64,000 bases of DNA from Eledone cirrhosa (GCA_964016885.1 OZ024743.1:277636001-277700000); one strand, 5' to 3'; counted from the first letter of the stretch, positions 37,674-54,093 are shown. Made by a program: numbers and translations. Notes: generated from the letters alone by a model not told the origin.

Positions 37674-39860
37674 CAAGGCTAACTGGAAAAAGATCAAGGA
37701 AGAGATCCTGAAGGAAAACTGGAGCGACAACATCACCACACAAGACACCAACACACATTTTCAACATCTCATGACAACAATACAAACTATATGCCATAAG
37801 TTTGTCCCGGAGAAAAAGGCCAACGCACACAAAAATCTTATTTCCAGAGACAGGAAAATCCTTATGAGACGAAGAACTAAGCCCTTAAATCTGTTAAATG
37901 CACAACAGAAGAACAAGAATATTTGAAATTGAAACTGCACTCAAACTTTCCAATGAGAAGGGGAGGGCAGAGAGAGAAGCCAGGGCCATAGAACATATTA
38001 AAATAAACCCTAAGGCCTTCTTTAAATTTGCAAAAGAAACTGCCTCGGTACACTGCAAGATTGGGCCACTCTTTCATATAAAGGGTTCATTAACCGAGGA
38101 TCCCCAAGGGATAAGTGAAATACTGAATGAACAGTACAAAGTGTGTTCACACCTCCATTGAGCACGTGCAAATAACAAGGCCAGAGGATTTGGTGTTACA
38201 ACACTCCACGAAGATATTAGAGCAAATAGAAGAAATTAGAGCAAACACGCCATAGAAGAAATTAGAGCAAACATAGCTGCTGGACCTGTTGGATTTCCAG
38301 CAGTCCTCCTAAAAACTTGTAAGCGTGCTTTAGCAAGACCACTGAAAATCCTCTTCAGAAGTTCTCTGGCTAGCAGTAAACTACCCTGAGAGTTAACTAA
38401 AAGAACGCACAATATGCCATATCCATAAAGGAGGAAGCGGAGCAGAGGCGAAAAACTACAGGCCATACTCCCTGACGTCACATATCAGTAAGGTCATGGA
38501 ACAAATCAACACAAAGATCACGTTCCTCGAGGAAAATGACCGCCTAACTAGCACGCAGCATGGCTTTCGCTCAGGAAGAAGCTGTCTTACACAGCTGCTA
38601 GAACACTATGACTGGGTATTGAAACAACTGCTGGACAGATCACATGTGGACGTGATATATCCTGACGTTGCGAAGGCCTTTGACAAGGTCGACCACGAAA
38701 TGATATGTCACAAACTACACAGATTCGGCATAACTGGAAAAGTAGGTGAGTGGCAATAGCCAGACAGTTGCAGCCAAAGGGGCCTTCTTAAAGGAAACAT
38801 CAATAACAAGTGGGGTGCCCCAGGGTACAGTCTTGTAACCACTACTGATTTTGGTGGCTCACTCAGACATGCCCTCTGTAGTACATACAACAGCCCGCTC
38901 TAGCTATGCTGATGTCACAAAGGTTGCACAGGCTATCAAAAACCCGGCTGATGCTGCCTTTTTACAACAGTATCGGGATACTATATACAAATGGGCGGAA
39001 GACAACAACATGCAGTTTCAAGCCCTACAATACCAACCTGCTAACACAAAGACAGTACAACACAGCTACACCGGACCAGGAGAGATCGAATTCCCCGTGT
39101 CGAAATCGACATGACACCTGGAGATAGACATGAGCGATGATGCACCTTTTTCTTCACACATCATGAGGATGGCGACAATGTGCAGACGAGTCGCTGGCAG
39201 GATCTTGAGGACTTTCCGGGCAAGAGACCATATTGATACTCTGGAGGACATTTGTCCTACGCCGACTGGACTACTGCTCCCAGCTGTGGTCATCCCATAG
39301 TATGAAACTAAGCACAGAGCCTGAAGCAATACAACGAAGCTACACCAAGAGGATTACCACAATGAAGGACAGGAGCTACTGGGAGAGACTAAAAGAACTG
39401 AAACTCTACTCCTTGGAACCAAGACGGGAGATATACGCAGTGATATACATATGGAAAATCCTGGAAGGACAAGCACCACACTTTGGCATTGAGAGCTGGA
39501 CCAATCCCCGAACACTGTGTGATGCCAAAGGTCCAGTCTTTCATATCTAGAATAAGGAGCAGATATTGCAATAGCCTGAAGTTCAAACGCCCTCAACTAT
39601 TCAACAAGCTGCCAAGAAATTTGAGAGATATGCATGGTGTGGACGTGGATGTTTTCAAGAAACATCTTGACATTCTGCTATCCAGGATCCAGGATGAGTC
39701 CACAGCACGGTACGAACGTAACCTAAGGGCAGCAGCAACCAACTCCTCCTTAGACCAATGACCAGCCAACACAGGCTAGAGTAAGAACGTGTAGCAACAG
39801 GGGCGGTGCCTCAGCATGGCCTCAGCCGGATGGCTGGATGAGGTAAAAGGGTAAAAGAGA
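37674..39860 (+). mobile_element. 5'-truncated CR1-clade LINE, decayed ORF2
   Basis: KANW, QHGFRSGRSCLTQLL, AKAFDKVDH, SGVPQGTVL, SYAD, LDYCSQLWS, YWERLKELKLYSLE; (GTAAAAGA)n-type tail. Confidence 0.9.
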
Positions 39861-39869
39861 ATATATATA

Positions 39870-40264
39870 TACGAGGGCAATCCCAAAAGTAAGGTCTCCT
39901 TCCGATATTGCAACTTTTCCGTTAAAATCCTGTGGATGGTGCTTCGGGAAACCTCAGGAAGCAAAATGCAGAGAGCATCCAGAGTGATCCGCCGATCTTT
40001 ACGCATGTTTTCCGCGGAAGGAGACCTTACTTTTGGGATTGCCCTCGTATATAATAACTGCGCGAAATTCGCACTTGGCGGTAGCGTTCAACGGCAGCTC
40101 CATTCTCAACGGCTGCCAAGCCAAAATTGAGCATCCCAGCGAAGCACGCGCATGCTTGTTTGGGAGTGAAGGAAGCACCAATCACAACAGTGTTGCCAAT
40201 AGCGGTACGAACAGTTTCTCTGCGTCCCCATCGCTTTGGAGACCTTACTTTTGGGATTACTCTC

Positions 40265-40318
<54 letters not shown>

Positions 40319-40348
40319 GAGGGTAATCCCAAAAGTAAGGTCTCCAAG

Positions 40349-40351
<3 letters not shown>
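39870..40351 (-). mobile_element. Mariner-family remnant with four 30-bp TIR copies
   Basis: TIR TACGAGGG(C/T)AATCCCAAAAGTAAGGTCTCC; transposase fragments MELPLNATAKCEFRAVI and DRRITLDALC..VSRSTIHRILTEKLQYRK. Confidence 0.85.
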
Positions 40352-40390
<39 letters not shown>

Positions 40391-40454
40391 CGGTTTGCGG
40401 AAACATCGTGGCTGTTATGAGAATATGAATGAAACTCGTATATTCTCTATATAT

Positions 40455-40553
40455 TTACCACTTGTATAGAATTATCACAACGCACTTTACCACTTGTATA
40501 GAATTATCACAACGCACTTTACCACTTGTATAGAATTATCACAACGTACTTTA
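40455..40553. repeat. 31-bp tandem repeat x3
   Basis: TTTACCACTTGTATAGAATTATCACAACGCA repeated. Confidence 0.9.
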
Positions 40554-41473
40554 CTTTGTGAATTACTGAGTACTTTATTGTGTGTCTGTTAGGAAAAAAC
40601 ACGGATATACTTATCTTAAATCTTATCCGGCGCTCTTAAGCGTGACAGAAAGAACAATTTCTCGCCATAAGTCTCTATTTCCCATCAAGTGTTGTAGGTT
40701 ATCATTGTCAATTCCAGTGTCTCTTACTACTGTATCCTAGTATCTGAGCTTACTGTTATAGGAGATCTCCCACAGCAAGACGTCTGAAACCATCTTATCT
40801 TTTGCGCAGATGCAGTGCCCCGCAAACCTTGTACGATGTTCAGTCATATATCTTTCAACTGTTATATGATTAGTTTTCTATCCTATAATATGTATTTAGG
40901 TTTTAAGACGGTTGGGTGTGTTTTGTGAGCAATTGATTTCTGTTTATGGAGGTGGAACGACCATGTGTAGTTTGTTTCACATGAATATGTTTGTTTTTAA
41001 AGTTGGAATGCAAATGCTTGTTAATAAGACATTCACCGATTAAAACAGAAACAAGAAGTGTAGTGAGTATGTGTCTGTGAAACATATATATATACCAGGT
41101 CTGAACACAAAGGAACCAAACACTCACTGTCACTGCCTCTGTCTCTCTCGCTGTCCCTACCTCTCACAAATGGAGGTCATCTATAATAAAGTTGTATCAA
41201 CCAGCATTAAAATACAGATTAAACTGAGCAATTAACCTTCACACAAACCAATAGGTTCGTCATCCTATATTCATTCATTTATCTATAAATATGTATACCA
41301 CTTGCAGCGATGTCTGAAGTATGAATGACAGCAATTCAAGTAAATATTCCTTGTATTAACCCCCAAAATAAACCCTTTAATAATATTGATAATATATATT
41401 TTATTCTGTTAGTTAGATGAAGCCAAATCAAGTTCCATTTAGATGATGTAGATAAGACGTCCTGTAATTATCA

Positions 41474-42160
41474 TCTTCTTCTTCTTCTTCTTCTTCTTCT
41501 TCTTCTTCTTCTTCTTCTTCTTCTTCTTCTTCTTCTTCTTCTTCTTCTTCTTCTTCTTCTTCTTCTTCTTCTACATTGGAGTGTCGTGGGGGCAGAGTCA
41601 TCAGTTATGCCTTCCAGTGGGTTATGGCAGTGACAACCGTCTCCAATTGATCTGGCTAGATCCTGAAGCGAGACCAGCCAAGGTCATGGATGCTATCCCA
41701 CCATCTTGTTGGGTCTCCTACCAGTTGGCTTTTGCCCGTAAAATCTATCCAGCCAGCAATTCTTTCGTTAGACATTCTAACCACATGTCCGTACTTCCGG
41801 AGCTGTGATATCTCAATTCGGAGAAGTAGCGACTCTACCTGGAGTGACTCTCTGATCTCCGAGTTATGCACTCTATCGAGTAACTTTACTCCAAAGATAC
41901 TTCGGAGGAACCGCATTTCGGCCGCTTTTATTCGCGATCGTATTCTTTCGGTCATTACCCAACATTCATGACCATAGGAAAGGTTTGGTATGAATACCGA
42001 ATTGAAGATAGCGAGTTTGGCTTTTACAACCACCCCTTATTCTGATGATGGAATGCTGTACCATATTCTGCAATACTTACACTTGTCTCAGCCTCCTGCC
42101 GTCAACCACAAGTGGACTTGGCCCCGAGATACTTGAACTTCTTCACTTGCTGCAGGGAAA
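41474..42160 (-). mobile_element. RTE-X LINE 3' end with (GAA)n tail
   Basis: FIPNLSYGHECWVMTERIRSRIKAAEMRFLR...QLRKYGHVVRM. Confidence 0.85.
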
Positions 42161-45100
42161 CTGTAATTGTAGTTAAAAAGATAATCTTCATGGAAGATCT
42201 TTCGGTCGGCCTCTGGAAGTACATTATAATAGTTTCTTCATGCTGCTTTTAGAAGAGTTGAACGTTATCCCTAACAGTGGAACCCCCTGCAGAGAGGTCG
42301 CGATGTGAGTAATTGATGATGAAAGCAATTTAGTCTTATCGGAGGATATTCTGTGCAATATAAGACGGCATGTTATTCTTTGGTTTAGGTTTTAAGGCAG
42401 AATAATCAGAGATTAGAATTTAAACGAATAGAGGACACATGAGTGTATTTGTTAAGGGCTGGGTTCATTCATTTTCAAATTCCTTCATTCAAATCCTTAT
42501 TTTATTTTATGTTACGATCTAGATCAAGATGTCAGTTGCCATACGGGTTGGATAGGGATGGTCTCGAACCGATTCCCTTTATAAGACTGATATTGTTGAG
42601 GGTAAGGGTAAAAATCTCGATTCGGAAGTGAAGGGAATATGAAGATATGCACCATTTTCTTTTCAGTATATTTAAACAGGAAGTAATCAATGAAATGAGC
42701 TGGTGACGGATGAGAGAAAATCTCCGAGGATTCCGCTGTATACAAACATCAATGTATACAGTAGTGGAGAACATATAGAACATGCCCCTGTGTCAGTGGT
42801 CGCGTAGATGATAGCTTTGTATGAAATACATCTACCAACAGAGGGCGAGAGTGAAAGCGAAAGGGAGCAAGAGAAAGAATGAATGAAAGAAGCGATAATA
42901 AAGAGATACAAGAAGAAAATAATATTAAAGAAAAATAAAAGGAGAAAATTATGAAAAAGAGAAAAAGATTAATGATGTAGGAAATTAGGAAATGGTATCT
43001 TGAAACGCAACTCTGCCATTATAGATACAATAGTCAATAATGAAGGCAAGGTTTAAGGCAATTAAATAACAATCGTTGATATTTCACTCCACTAAAAACA
43101 CTTATTTGATGATAGACACGAGTGCTGCCAGCTAGTATGTCTATAACATTTCATTCATCTCTGTAAAATGAAATAAATGTTGGTGGGTTAGAAAGGTAAG
43201 GGTGGAAACTTCGAAGAACGGTTATAATATGTAAATTTAAACCTGGACTTGAGGAGAAACTGTCTAGAAGAGCAATCAGAGCATTCTAGATACGCTAGTC
43301 GATGTACAGAGCAAAGATCAGGGCAATGTGTTTATTGTATAGCAATAGATCTTAGCAGGATTATGCAGAATATGGAGGTAACGAGAAATATTGATCTCAC
43401 TTAATTTGAAAAATACTTTCCCAAGAGTATTAGAAAAGTTAGCGTAAATACTTGCAAATGAGATTCGAAACCAGATCCAGATAAAGCTGTTCAAAGTAAA
43501 GTGCAAATAACTGATTTTAAAAAAAAAGAAAGAGTTGTAAATGCTGGAAGACATTCATGCTTTTCTAAAATGCATTATTAGCAATGAAAATGAACTGATA
43601 GGAATCGAAATTGGATCGTCTTTGTATCTTTCGATTGCTTCAACAAATAATAATATAGAAGAAGATGCGACAGAAGATTGAATCGACCCAATTATAACAC
43701 TGGTGTTACGTGAATATCAGAGATACAAAAGTTTCAGCTCACAACCGAGGAAACGAAAATAATTATATTTCAGCTTCTCAGTAGTTCAGCCATCTCCATT
43801 ACTTTAAACTTTAAACTTTAAACTAATATTAATTTCAAAGGATTAATCATACACATTAGATTTTAGGAGACAAGAACAAGAGAAAAGAAGCCTTTAAGCT
43901 TTTTGTATGGGCATTAATGCCTTGAATAAAAAAAGATGCCTCAGCCAAGATTTGACCTGGTACTGTGATCTTCAATTTTTAGTAGCTGATCTCTCACTAA
44001 CCATTGCTCTCGAAAAAGATTTAATGAATATAATGCTTATAAAAATAAGACCAATTATGGTTTCTATATGTGAGTACCCTATATTAGGTCTGAACAAAAA
44101 CATTGGTCGTCAAAGATGGAACAGCTTCCGTCGCTCTTACAATCTTCCATCCGATACAATCCTGTTCACTCAAGAGTTTGATATGCCCAATTATGTTGCC
44201 GACGCAGATCCAGATTCCGGATTTGACCATCTCGCTTTCCATGACTTTATAAAGATGGACTTATCACAGATTGAAATCTACACAACCTCATTAATCTAGG
44301 CGATGAATTTCTTCCATCTTTGTCGGTCATTTGTATTTGGCAAGAATGGCTACTTCGTATTGTTTCTTTAGAGTAATTTGTTGTTTTCCACCGAGCCAAC
44401 AGTCATCCACCGAGAACTATAATTTAACCCATGGATGAGGACCGTTTTCTGGGTATTATAACGTATCCACACATGGGTGGATCAATCATATAAATATCAT
44501 GAGCCATATCTTCATAGGATGTCATTTAGATTTTGAGTAACTACCAGAGATGAGCTGGAGATGGACAAAGCAAAAAGTATTAAAGGTAGTGAGGTCTGTG
44601 GAATACTCACCTACTTACACTATATTTTAGTGAGACGGTACTTCCCTTGATCGAAAAATTGGATCGTTATTTGTCGCATCCGACGCGATATCCATTCATA
44701 TTACCAGTAGCTAATTAATTTGCCGATCCCGAATACTCGAATTTCAAATCTGATACTGACGAGAAAGGTTTCGTTGAAAGAATGAAAATATCTGATATAA
44801 AGAATATTCTAAAATGGCTGCCATGATATTTGACCACCTTTTGTTTTTATTTTATTTCATATCAACTATTATTTTCCATTCCCTCTTTGCTACATTTGGT
44901 CTTTTATCGTTTCTATACATATTTTTCACATAAATATTTTAAAATATTAATGCAAATCCATCTTTCTTCATTGTATTACCCATTGTCTTTTATTTGTTCA
45001 CATACATTTATATTATATCTTAACTGATGCACACTTATCTTTCTCGCTCTCTCAGAGTCTGTGTCACTCTGAAGTTTTCCCTCATGTGTTCATATCTATT

Positions 45101-46043
45101 CACTATGCTTATTCTCCTATGCTTATATTCTTTCTGACTCTAACTGTTTTTCTACCCATGAATGTGTTTAATGTGTGAGTGTGTGTGTATGTGTGTGTGT
45201 GTGTGTGCATGCGTGTGTGTGCGCGCGTACATATGGGTGTGTGTCTGTAGGTGAGTGTGTACGTGTACCTTAACTCTTTGCGATCTTACTCACGGAATTT
45301 AGTAGTTACTCTCGTAACAATCTCTACTGCTCCTTTTTCTTCTCTTAGCAATTCCATTTGTTCAACTTTCTGTATTTCAACCTCACCCTTTCTCTTTCCC
45401 CCTCATTCTTATGAACTAACGAGAGAGCCGCAATATGGTCTTTCGACCAGCTAGAAATAGCAGATAAATCTCACTCAAACAACATTCCTGTCGTATAGAA
45501 GGTCACGTTGGAACATATAATCATGTATTCCCCGTCATACCCGGAATAATTTTGATCATATATCTGCTCAATTATGGCTCATATGGGATTAAATATCAAC
45601 AGCAGCAACCAGAGTGTCAAAACAGCAACAGCATCAATGACAGAGACAAATATTAGAAAAACGTCACCTTTCGTCTTTCTTCGTATTTTTTAGTCTCGTA
45701 CATTTCTTTTTATAGGTTTCATAAAATACACACATAAAAATACAATTTTATACACAATCACACATAAAAAAACACTCCGTTAAACACAAACATTCCCTTA
45801 CACATAAATACACACTCCTTCATACAGGCTGGCTATATTTATGGGGAAGGTATGAAGTGATATTGTGATACTATAGAGATGATATCCATGACTATCGTAT
45901 CATCATAAAATGCATGTAATAGAGAGCAGAAAGCAATACTTAAGTGAGTGTAATAGTTGATATGGAGTATATTTATCTCTTCTGTTTATTTCTTCAAACA
46001 CATTCGTGTACGTTTATGAACCGATGTTTCTGCCTGTCTGCAA

Positions 46044-46105
<62 letters not shown>

Positions 46106-46747
46106 ATGTATGTATGAATGTATGTATGTATGTATGTATGTCTGTCTGTCTGTCTGTATGTATGTCTGTCTGTATGTCTGTCTGTCTGTCTGTCTGTCTG
46201 CCTGTCTGTCTGTCTGTACGGTATGTATGCATTCTTCTAGGAGAAAGCAACTTAGGAAACTAGGAAACTGGGATAACCCCGACATAAAACCTGCGGCTCA
46301 GTAGTTACCGATGGTGTTGATCTTTTCCCCTTTTCGGGTTATAGCTACTGTCGCTCAGAGAGTGGGATTGGCTCAGTGCACAGTCTTCCCACGATAGAAT
46401 TAACTAATAATTATTAATAATGGTATACCGTGATGTGGCCATACTCGATAATGAGGGGGCAGCCATCATCATGTATGTATGTATGTATGTATGTATGTAT
46501 GTATGTATGTATGTATCCATGTATGTATGTATGCACGTGCTTATATAGTTAAGTATGTATATGTATACTTTTATCCAGAGTAAACACAAAAGTTAAGAAA
46601 GTGTGACAACAAGAATAAACCAATACATATACTCGTAGATAACTGTTTTGGGTAAGCCTGATCGGCATTGACTTGGAGGGTGGCTAAACGACAACAAAAA
46701 CCAACATAGCAACAGCAAAGAAGGTGAAAGACACACACACTCACACA

Positions 46748-46785
<38 letters not shown>

Positions 46786-47515
46786 TTCACACAAACAGAG
46801 AAGCAGTTTGGAATAATTAATATATGGGTCGCAGTTAACCATTGAGCCAGAGGCATACTTACTATGGGTCAGCTCTGTCAATACTGATCTAGGATTATGA
46901 AACAACACCATCAAATACAGAAACAAGACATACGAAACCAGGTAGAAACTGAGGGTGCTATGGATTTGTGGATCGCACGAAATTGTTCGGTGTACTATAC
47001 TTATATGTCATGATCTGCTCAACAAGGATTGACTTGGGGTTATATAAAAACAACAATAACCACAATAATCCCAACACAAAACAATTTTAAAAAATCACTC
47101 ACGCACACGCTGACATATACATAGTAAGAAACAATCTGGAGTGTAATGTTTTCATTCACCACAAATAAAATATTGATGGAGATAACATCACACTGTATAT
47201 TGTGTATGTTATCCTCCATAAATAAATGGATAAGAAATTAAGTAACGACAGACGAGGAGGGAGATGCAAGGATGGAGAGGAGTCGTGATGAAAATATGTT
47301 TTATTAAACTCAATATATCATTCCATTAAGAGGTAACGAAAAAATATATGGAACGATATAAAACAAAAATAGTTTTTAAAAAACAAAACAAAACGAAATT
47401 TAAATTGTGTGATATCAAACAATTTAGTTTTCTAAACAGCAACAAATTTGATAAGAATGATGATAGTAATGATAATAATGATTTCATAATGATAATAATA
47501 GCAAAATAGTGGCAA

Positions 47516-47565
<50 letters not shown>

Positions 47566-47840
47566 GTGTTATTATTAGTATTATTATTTTTATTCGTAGT
47601 AGGAATAATAGTTGTAGGAATCGAAGCAGTAGTAGTATTAGTCGTAGTAGTAGAAGTAATAGTAGTAGTAGTGGTGGTGGGGAGTAGTAGTAGTAGTAGT
47701 GGTGGTGGTGGTGGTGGTGGAGTAGAAGTAGTAGTAGTAGTAGTGGTGGTGGTGGTGGTGGTGGAGTAGAAGTAGTAGTAGTAGTAGTGGTGGTGGTGGT
47801 GGGGAGTAGTAGTAGTAGTAGTGATGGTGGTGGTGGTGGG

Positions 47841-47878
<38 letters not shown>

Positions 47879-47899
47879 GGTGGTGGTAGTGGTGGTGGG

Positions 47900-47962
<63 letters not shown>

Positions 47963-48153
47963 ATCAAATAATACTGTTGCTGTCGTTAATATTCATGTAA
48001 TTTGACCAAACTAGAACGTTGGAGATATGATAATACTTCAAAATTGAAACAACAACAACAGCAGCAAATAATAATAATACCATTAATAAAAATAATAAAA
48101 TTATAATATATATAATAAATAATAATAATGATAATAATAACAAAAATAATGAC

Positions 48154-48216
<63 letters not shown>

Positions 48217-48289
48217 CATACACATTAAGATGATTTTCAGAAATAATAAAATCGAAAATAATAGCTGATAACAATATCAGCAGCAACAT

Positions 48290-48418
48290 CAACAACGATA
48301 TTGATAGTGATAACAACAACAACAACAACAGCAGCAACAGCAACAGCAACAGCAACAACAACAACAGCAGCAACAACAGCAATAGCAACAACAACATCAA
48401 CAACGATATTGATAGTGA

Positions 48419-48453
<35 letters not shown>

Positions 48454-48571
48454 GCAGCAACAACAGCAATAGCAACAACAACATCAAAAACGATATTGAT
48501 AGTGACAACAACAACAACAGTAGCAACAACAGCAATAACGACAACAACATCAACAACGATATTGATAGTGA

Positions 48572-48606
<35 letters not shown>

Positions 48607-48776
48607 GCAGCAATAACGACAACAACATCAACAACGATATTGATAGTGACAACAACAACAACAACAACAACAACAACAGCAGCAACAACAGTAATAACAA
48701 CAACAACAACATCAACAACGATATTGATAGTGACAACAACAACACCACCACCATCACCACCACCACCATCATCACC

Positions 48777-48807
<31 letters not shown>

Positions 48808-48884
48808 GCAGCAGCAGCAGCAGCAACAACAACAACAACAACGATATTGATAGTGATAACAACAACACCACCACCATCACCACC

Positions 48885-48915
<31 letters not shown>

Positions 48916-49515
48916 GCAGCAGCAACAACAGCAACATCAACAACAATATTGATAGTGACAACAACAACAACAACAACAACATCAGCAACAACAACAGCAG
49001 CAACAACAGCAATAACAACAACAACATCAACAACGATATTGATAGTGATAACAACAACAACAACAAAAACAACAACAGCAACAGCAACAGCAACAACAAC
49101 AGCAACGATATTGATAGTGATAACAACAACAACAAAAACAACAACAGCAACAGCAACAACAACAGCAACAACAACGATATTGATAGTGATAACAACAACA
49201 ACAACAAAAACAACAACAGCAACAGCAACAACAACAGCAACAACAACGATATTGATAGTGATAACAACAACAACAACAAAAACAACAACAGCAACAGCAA
49301 CAACAACAGCAACAACAACGATATTGATAGTGATAACAACAACAACAACAAAAACAACAACAGCAACAGCAACAACAACAGCAACAACAACAGCAACAAC
49401 AACGATATTGATAGTGATAACAACAACAACAACAAAAACAACAACAGCAACAGCAACAACAACAGCAACAACAACGATATTGATAGTGATAACAACAACA
49501 ACAACAACAACAACA
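48290..49515. repeat. Minisatellite anchored by ACGATATTGATAGTGA with variable (ACA/GCA)n spacers, ~19 units
   Basis: Direct reading; source of the 470-aa and 407-aa ORFs. Confidence 0.9.
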
Positions 49516-49625
49516 GTAATATAAAAATAGTAATAATAATAATAACAACAACAACAATAATTATAATGAAGATGCTGATGTTGATGATGATAATTGTTAG
49601 TAGTAGTTATTGCTGTATCAGTAGT

Positions 49626-49705
<80 letters not shown>

Positions 49706-50150
49706 CAGAAGCAGTAGTAAAATGAATGTCAATGGAAAATGAAATTTAAATAAATGCTATCACATCATATGGGGAAATAGAAGTTATGTTAGTAATATAC
49801 TTAAGTGTAATACATTATAACAGCATAAAACTGTTTCTTACAGGAATCCATAGCAATTTTGAATTTTTATGTTAGGAATTTATAAATTATAAATTTATCT
49901 AAAAACCGAATCTTCAGTTCTGATCTTGTAATAAATTTGGCGATGTAAAAAGCAATTTGCATAAATTGGTCGAAGTGCTGCAATAAAAAAAATATTAAAA
50001 ATAAAAAAGCAACAATAACAGCAATAATAATAATAATATTAATAAAAATTGTGATAATATTAATAATAAGTGTAATAATATGGATACAATTTTCAATATT
50101 AATGTTTATTTTATTATAGTAATCCTAATAACAATTTAGATATTGCTACA

Positions 50151-50219
<69 letters not shown>

Positions 50220-50366
50220 TATACCCACCCACTCACATATATAGATACACACAAGTATACATATATACATATACACATACATATACACACATGTATATAT
50301 ATATATATATGTTTATCATATTTGTAAGCTGTGTGTGTGTTTGTGGGTACAACAACAACTACAACA

Positions 50367-51182
<816 letters not shown>

Positions 51183-51369
51183 TTTCATTTATTAGCCATA
51201 AGGGCCGACATGTAGGGGACAATACAAAGACAAGGACAGTGGGGTTTACAATAAGGTCGAGTAAAAGTGGACAATGGCAAAACTAATTTAACAATGAAGA
51301 TATACAAAATATAAAATAAACTATGTATAAATATAAGAATATAAATAATAACAACAACAACAACAGTAA

Positions 51370-51531
51370 TAATTGTTTCTACTTTAGGCACAAGGCCAGC
51401 AATTACCCAGTGGATTACTGGTACTTTATTTTATCGACCCCGTAAGGATGAAAGGCAAAGTCAACATAATATTGACCCATAACTATAGTAATACAATTGG
51501 TGTTAATGATAGCAACAACATTTTGAATGTC

Positions 51532-51579
<48 letters not shown>

Positions 51580-51942
51580 GCAACAACAACAGCAACAACA
51601 TCAACAACATCAACAACAACAGCAGTAACAACATCAACGTCAACAACAACAACAACACCAGTAACAACAACAACAACAACAACACCAGTAACAACAACAA
51701 CAGCAACAACAACAACAACAACATCAACGCCAAAAACAACAACAACAACATCAACGTCAACAACAACAACGTCAACGTCAACAACAACAACGTCAACGTC
51801 AACAACAACATCGTCAACGTCAACAGATGAACCTCAATAGAACTATCACAATCTGAAAGAGTTCAATAAACCATGATAATAATTGTTTCTACTTTTGGCA
51901 CAAGGCCAGCAATTATCCAGTGAATTACTGGTACTTTATTTT
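51370..51942 (-). mobile_element. Two partial OK-like SINE 3' ends (51370-51465, 51880-51942)
   Basis: Reverse-complement SINE tail matches. Confidence 0.8.
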
Positions 51943-52245
51943 AATAATATACACAAATCAACATCATCATCCCCATCCTCATCACGATCATCATTATCAT
52001 CATTAATTACCAAGAATATCATCATGTCATCAAGCTGCTGCTGCTTATTATTTCCGACATCCCCAACGTGTTCTTCATTTTCATCATCATCATATCATCA
52101 TTATCATTACTATCATCGTTATCATCATCATCATCATCATCATCATCATCGTCATCGTCGTGATCGTTATCATAATCATCATCATCATCATCATCATCGT
52201 CGTCCCCATCATCATCATTATTATCATCATCATCATCAGACCATC

Positions 52246-52280
<35 letters not shown>

Positions 52281-52373
52281 CACTATCATCATCATCGTTA
52301 TCATCACCATCATTATCATTATTATCATCATCATCATCATCGTTATCATCATCGTCACCATCATTATCATGTT

Positions 52374-52409
<36 letters not shown>

Positions 52410-52418
52410 TATCATAAT

Positions 52419-52451
<33 letters not shown>

Positions 52452-52645
52452 TATCATAATAATAATCATCATCATCATAATCAACACAAATGACAATGGC
52501 GAAACATTAACAAAGGCAAAACCACAACAAAACCAACAATAACAACAGTAGTTTCTATATACAAAGCTAATTAGTAATTACTGAATCACAAAGATGTTCT
52601 AGATTGCATTGACCCTATTGTATTGGAGAGATGGAAATATATATC

Positions 52646-52708
<63 letters not shown>

Positions 52709-52792
52709 GTATATATATTTATAATATATATATAATATATATAAAATACATATATATAAATATATATATAATTATATATTTATATATATATA

Positions 52793-52898
<106 letters not shown>

Positions 52899-53011
52899 GC
52901 AGATATATATTTCCATCTCTCCAATACAATATATATATATATAAATATATATATATATTTATATATATAAATATTTATATTTATATATTTATATATATAT
53001 ATATGTATATA

Positions 53012-53085
<74 letters not shown>

Positions 53086-53703
53086 CTAAGCTATTTAGTG
53101 CAATGTTCTACATATTTGTGCCAAATTGGCATTCTTCAAGTTGATGATAATACCAATATTTTCAGTAGAACTCTAGTTGACTTATTTATTCTTTCTATTT
53201 ATCTCTTTGTATATATGATATATGAGAGGTCTACAAGAAAATATTTTCGATTTAGATATACGTAAGTAAAACCTTGTATTGTTAGAAGTAACATTCAGTT
53301 TGGAAGGTATAAAAGACGAAACTATTTATGGCTACAAAATAGAATTGTCGGTACATTCATATGTACATTAATCGATTGAATAAAATAATATTTATTCTCT
53401 GAAAAATGCAATAGTTTAATATAGACGTTAAATGTGGTGAACATAACATCTGAATTCCTATCTAACTGTTATCACTAGAATATGGGTATATACTCTACGT
53501 GCCATTGATAAATATACATTACATGAAATAATTTGAAAAATGTTGCAGTGACAACAGTGACAACAGTGTTGGCTTCAAAAAATGCTGGCCCACCCTTCTA
53601 TCTTACTCTTAGCGTATTTGTCTTGTTATGGAGGCATGTTTATCGAGACAAACATAGATAAAAGAAGGGGAAGATAGAAATGGATAGATAGATAGAGATA
53701 GAT

Positions 53704-53790
<87 letters not shown>

Positions 53791-53914
53791 TCACGGACAC
53801 AGAAAAGCGTATATTTCCATATCTATATTTATTAATCTAACTATCTATCTATCTACCTGCCTGTGTGTCTCTCTCTATAACAGCCGTTATCAGTAACCAC
53901 ACAGCCCCTCCTCT

Positions 53915-53964
<50 letters not shown>

Positions 53965-54093
53965 GACGTAAAATAAGAAAATTTTAAAAATTAAAAATTA
54001 ACTTACTTACTAAAATTTTCACTTCTACAAATTAGAACTAAAAGTGAAGTCATTCTTTCCCTTTTTTTCAAATATACCTAACTGTACGTCTAG

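Noticed and set aside
43907-44299. 130-aa ORF as a possible host exon
   Set aside because: No recognisable domain; the surrounding minus strand has faint RTE-like DRQRW residue, so likely an old LINE
48290-49515. CRISPR-like repeat-spacer appearance
   Set aside because: Spacers are low-complexity triplet runs, the context is eukaryotic and there are no cas genes
48101-49557. 470-aa Leu-rich, 407-aa Thr-rich and poly-Cys ORFs
   Set aside because: Translations of a triplet-based minisatellite, open in several frames with no non-repetitive domain
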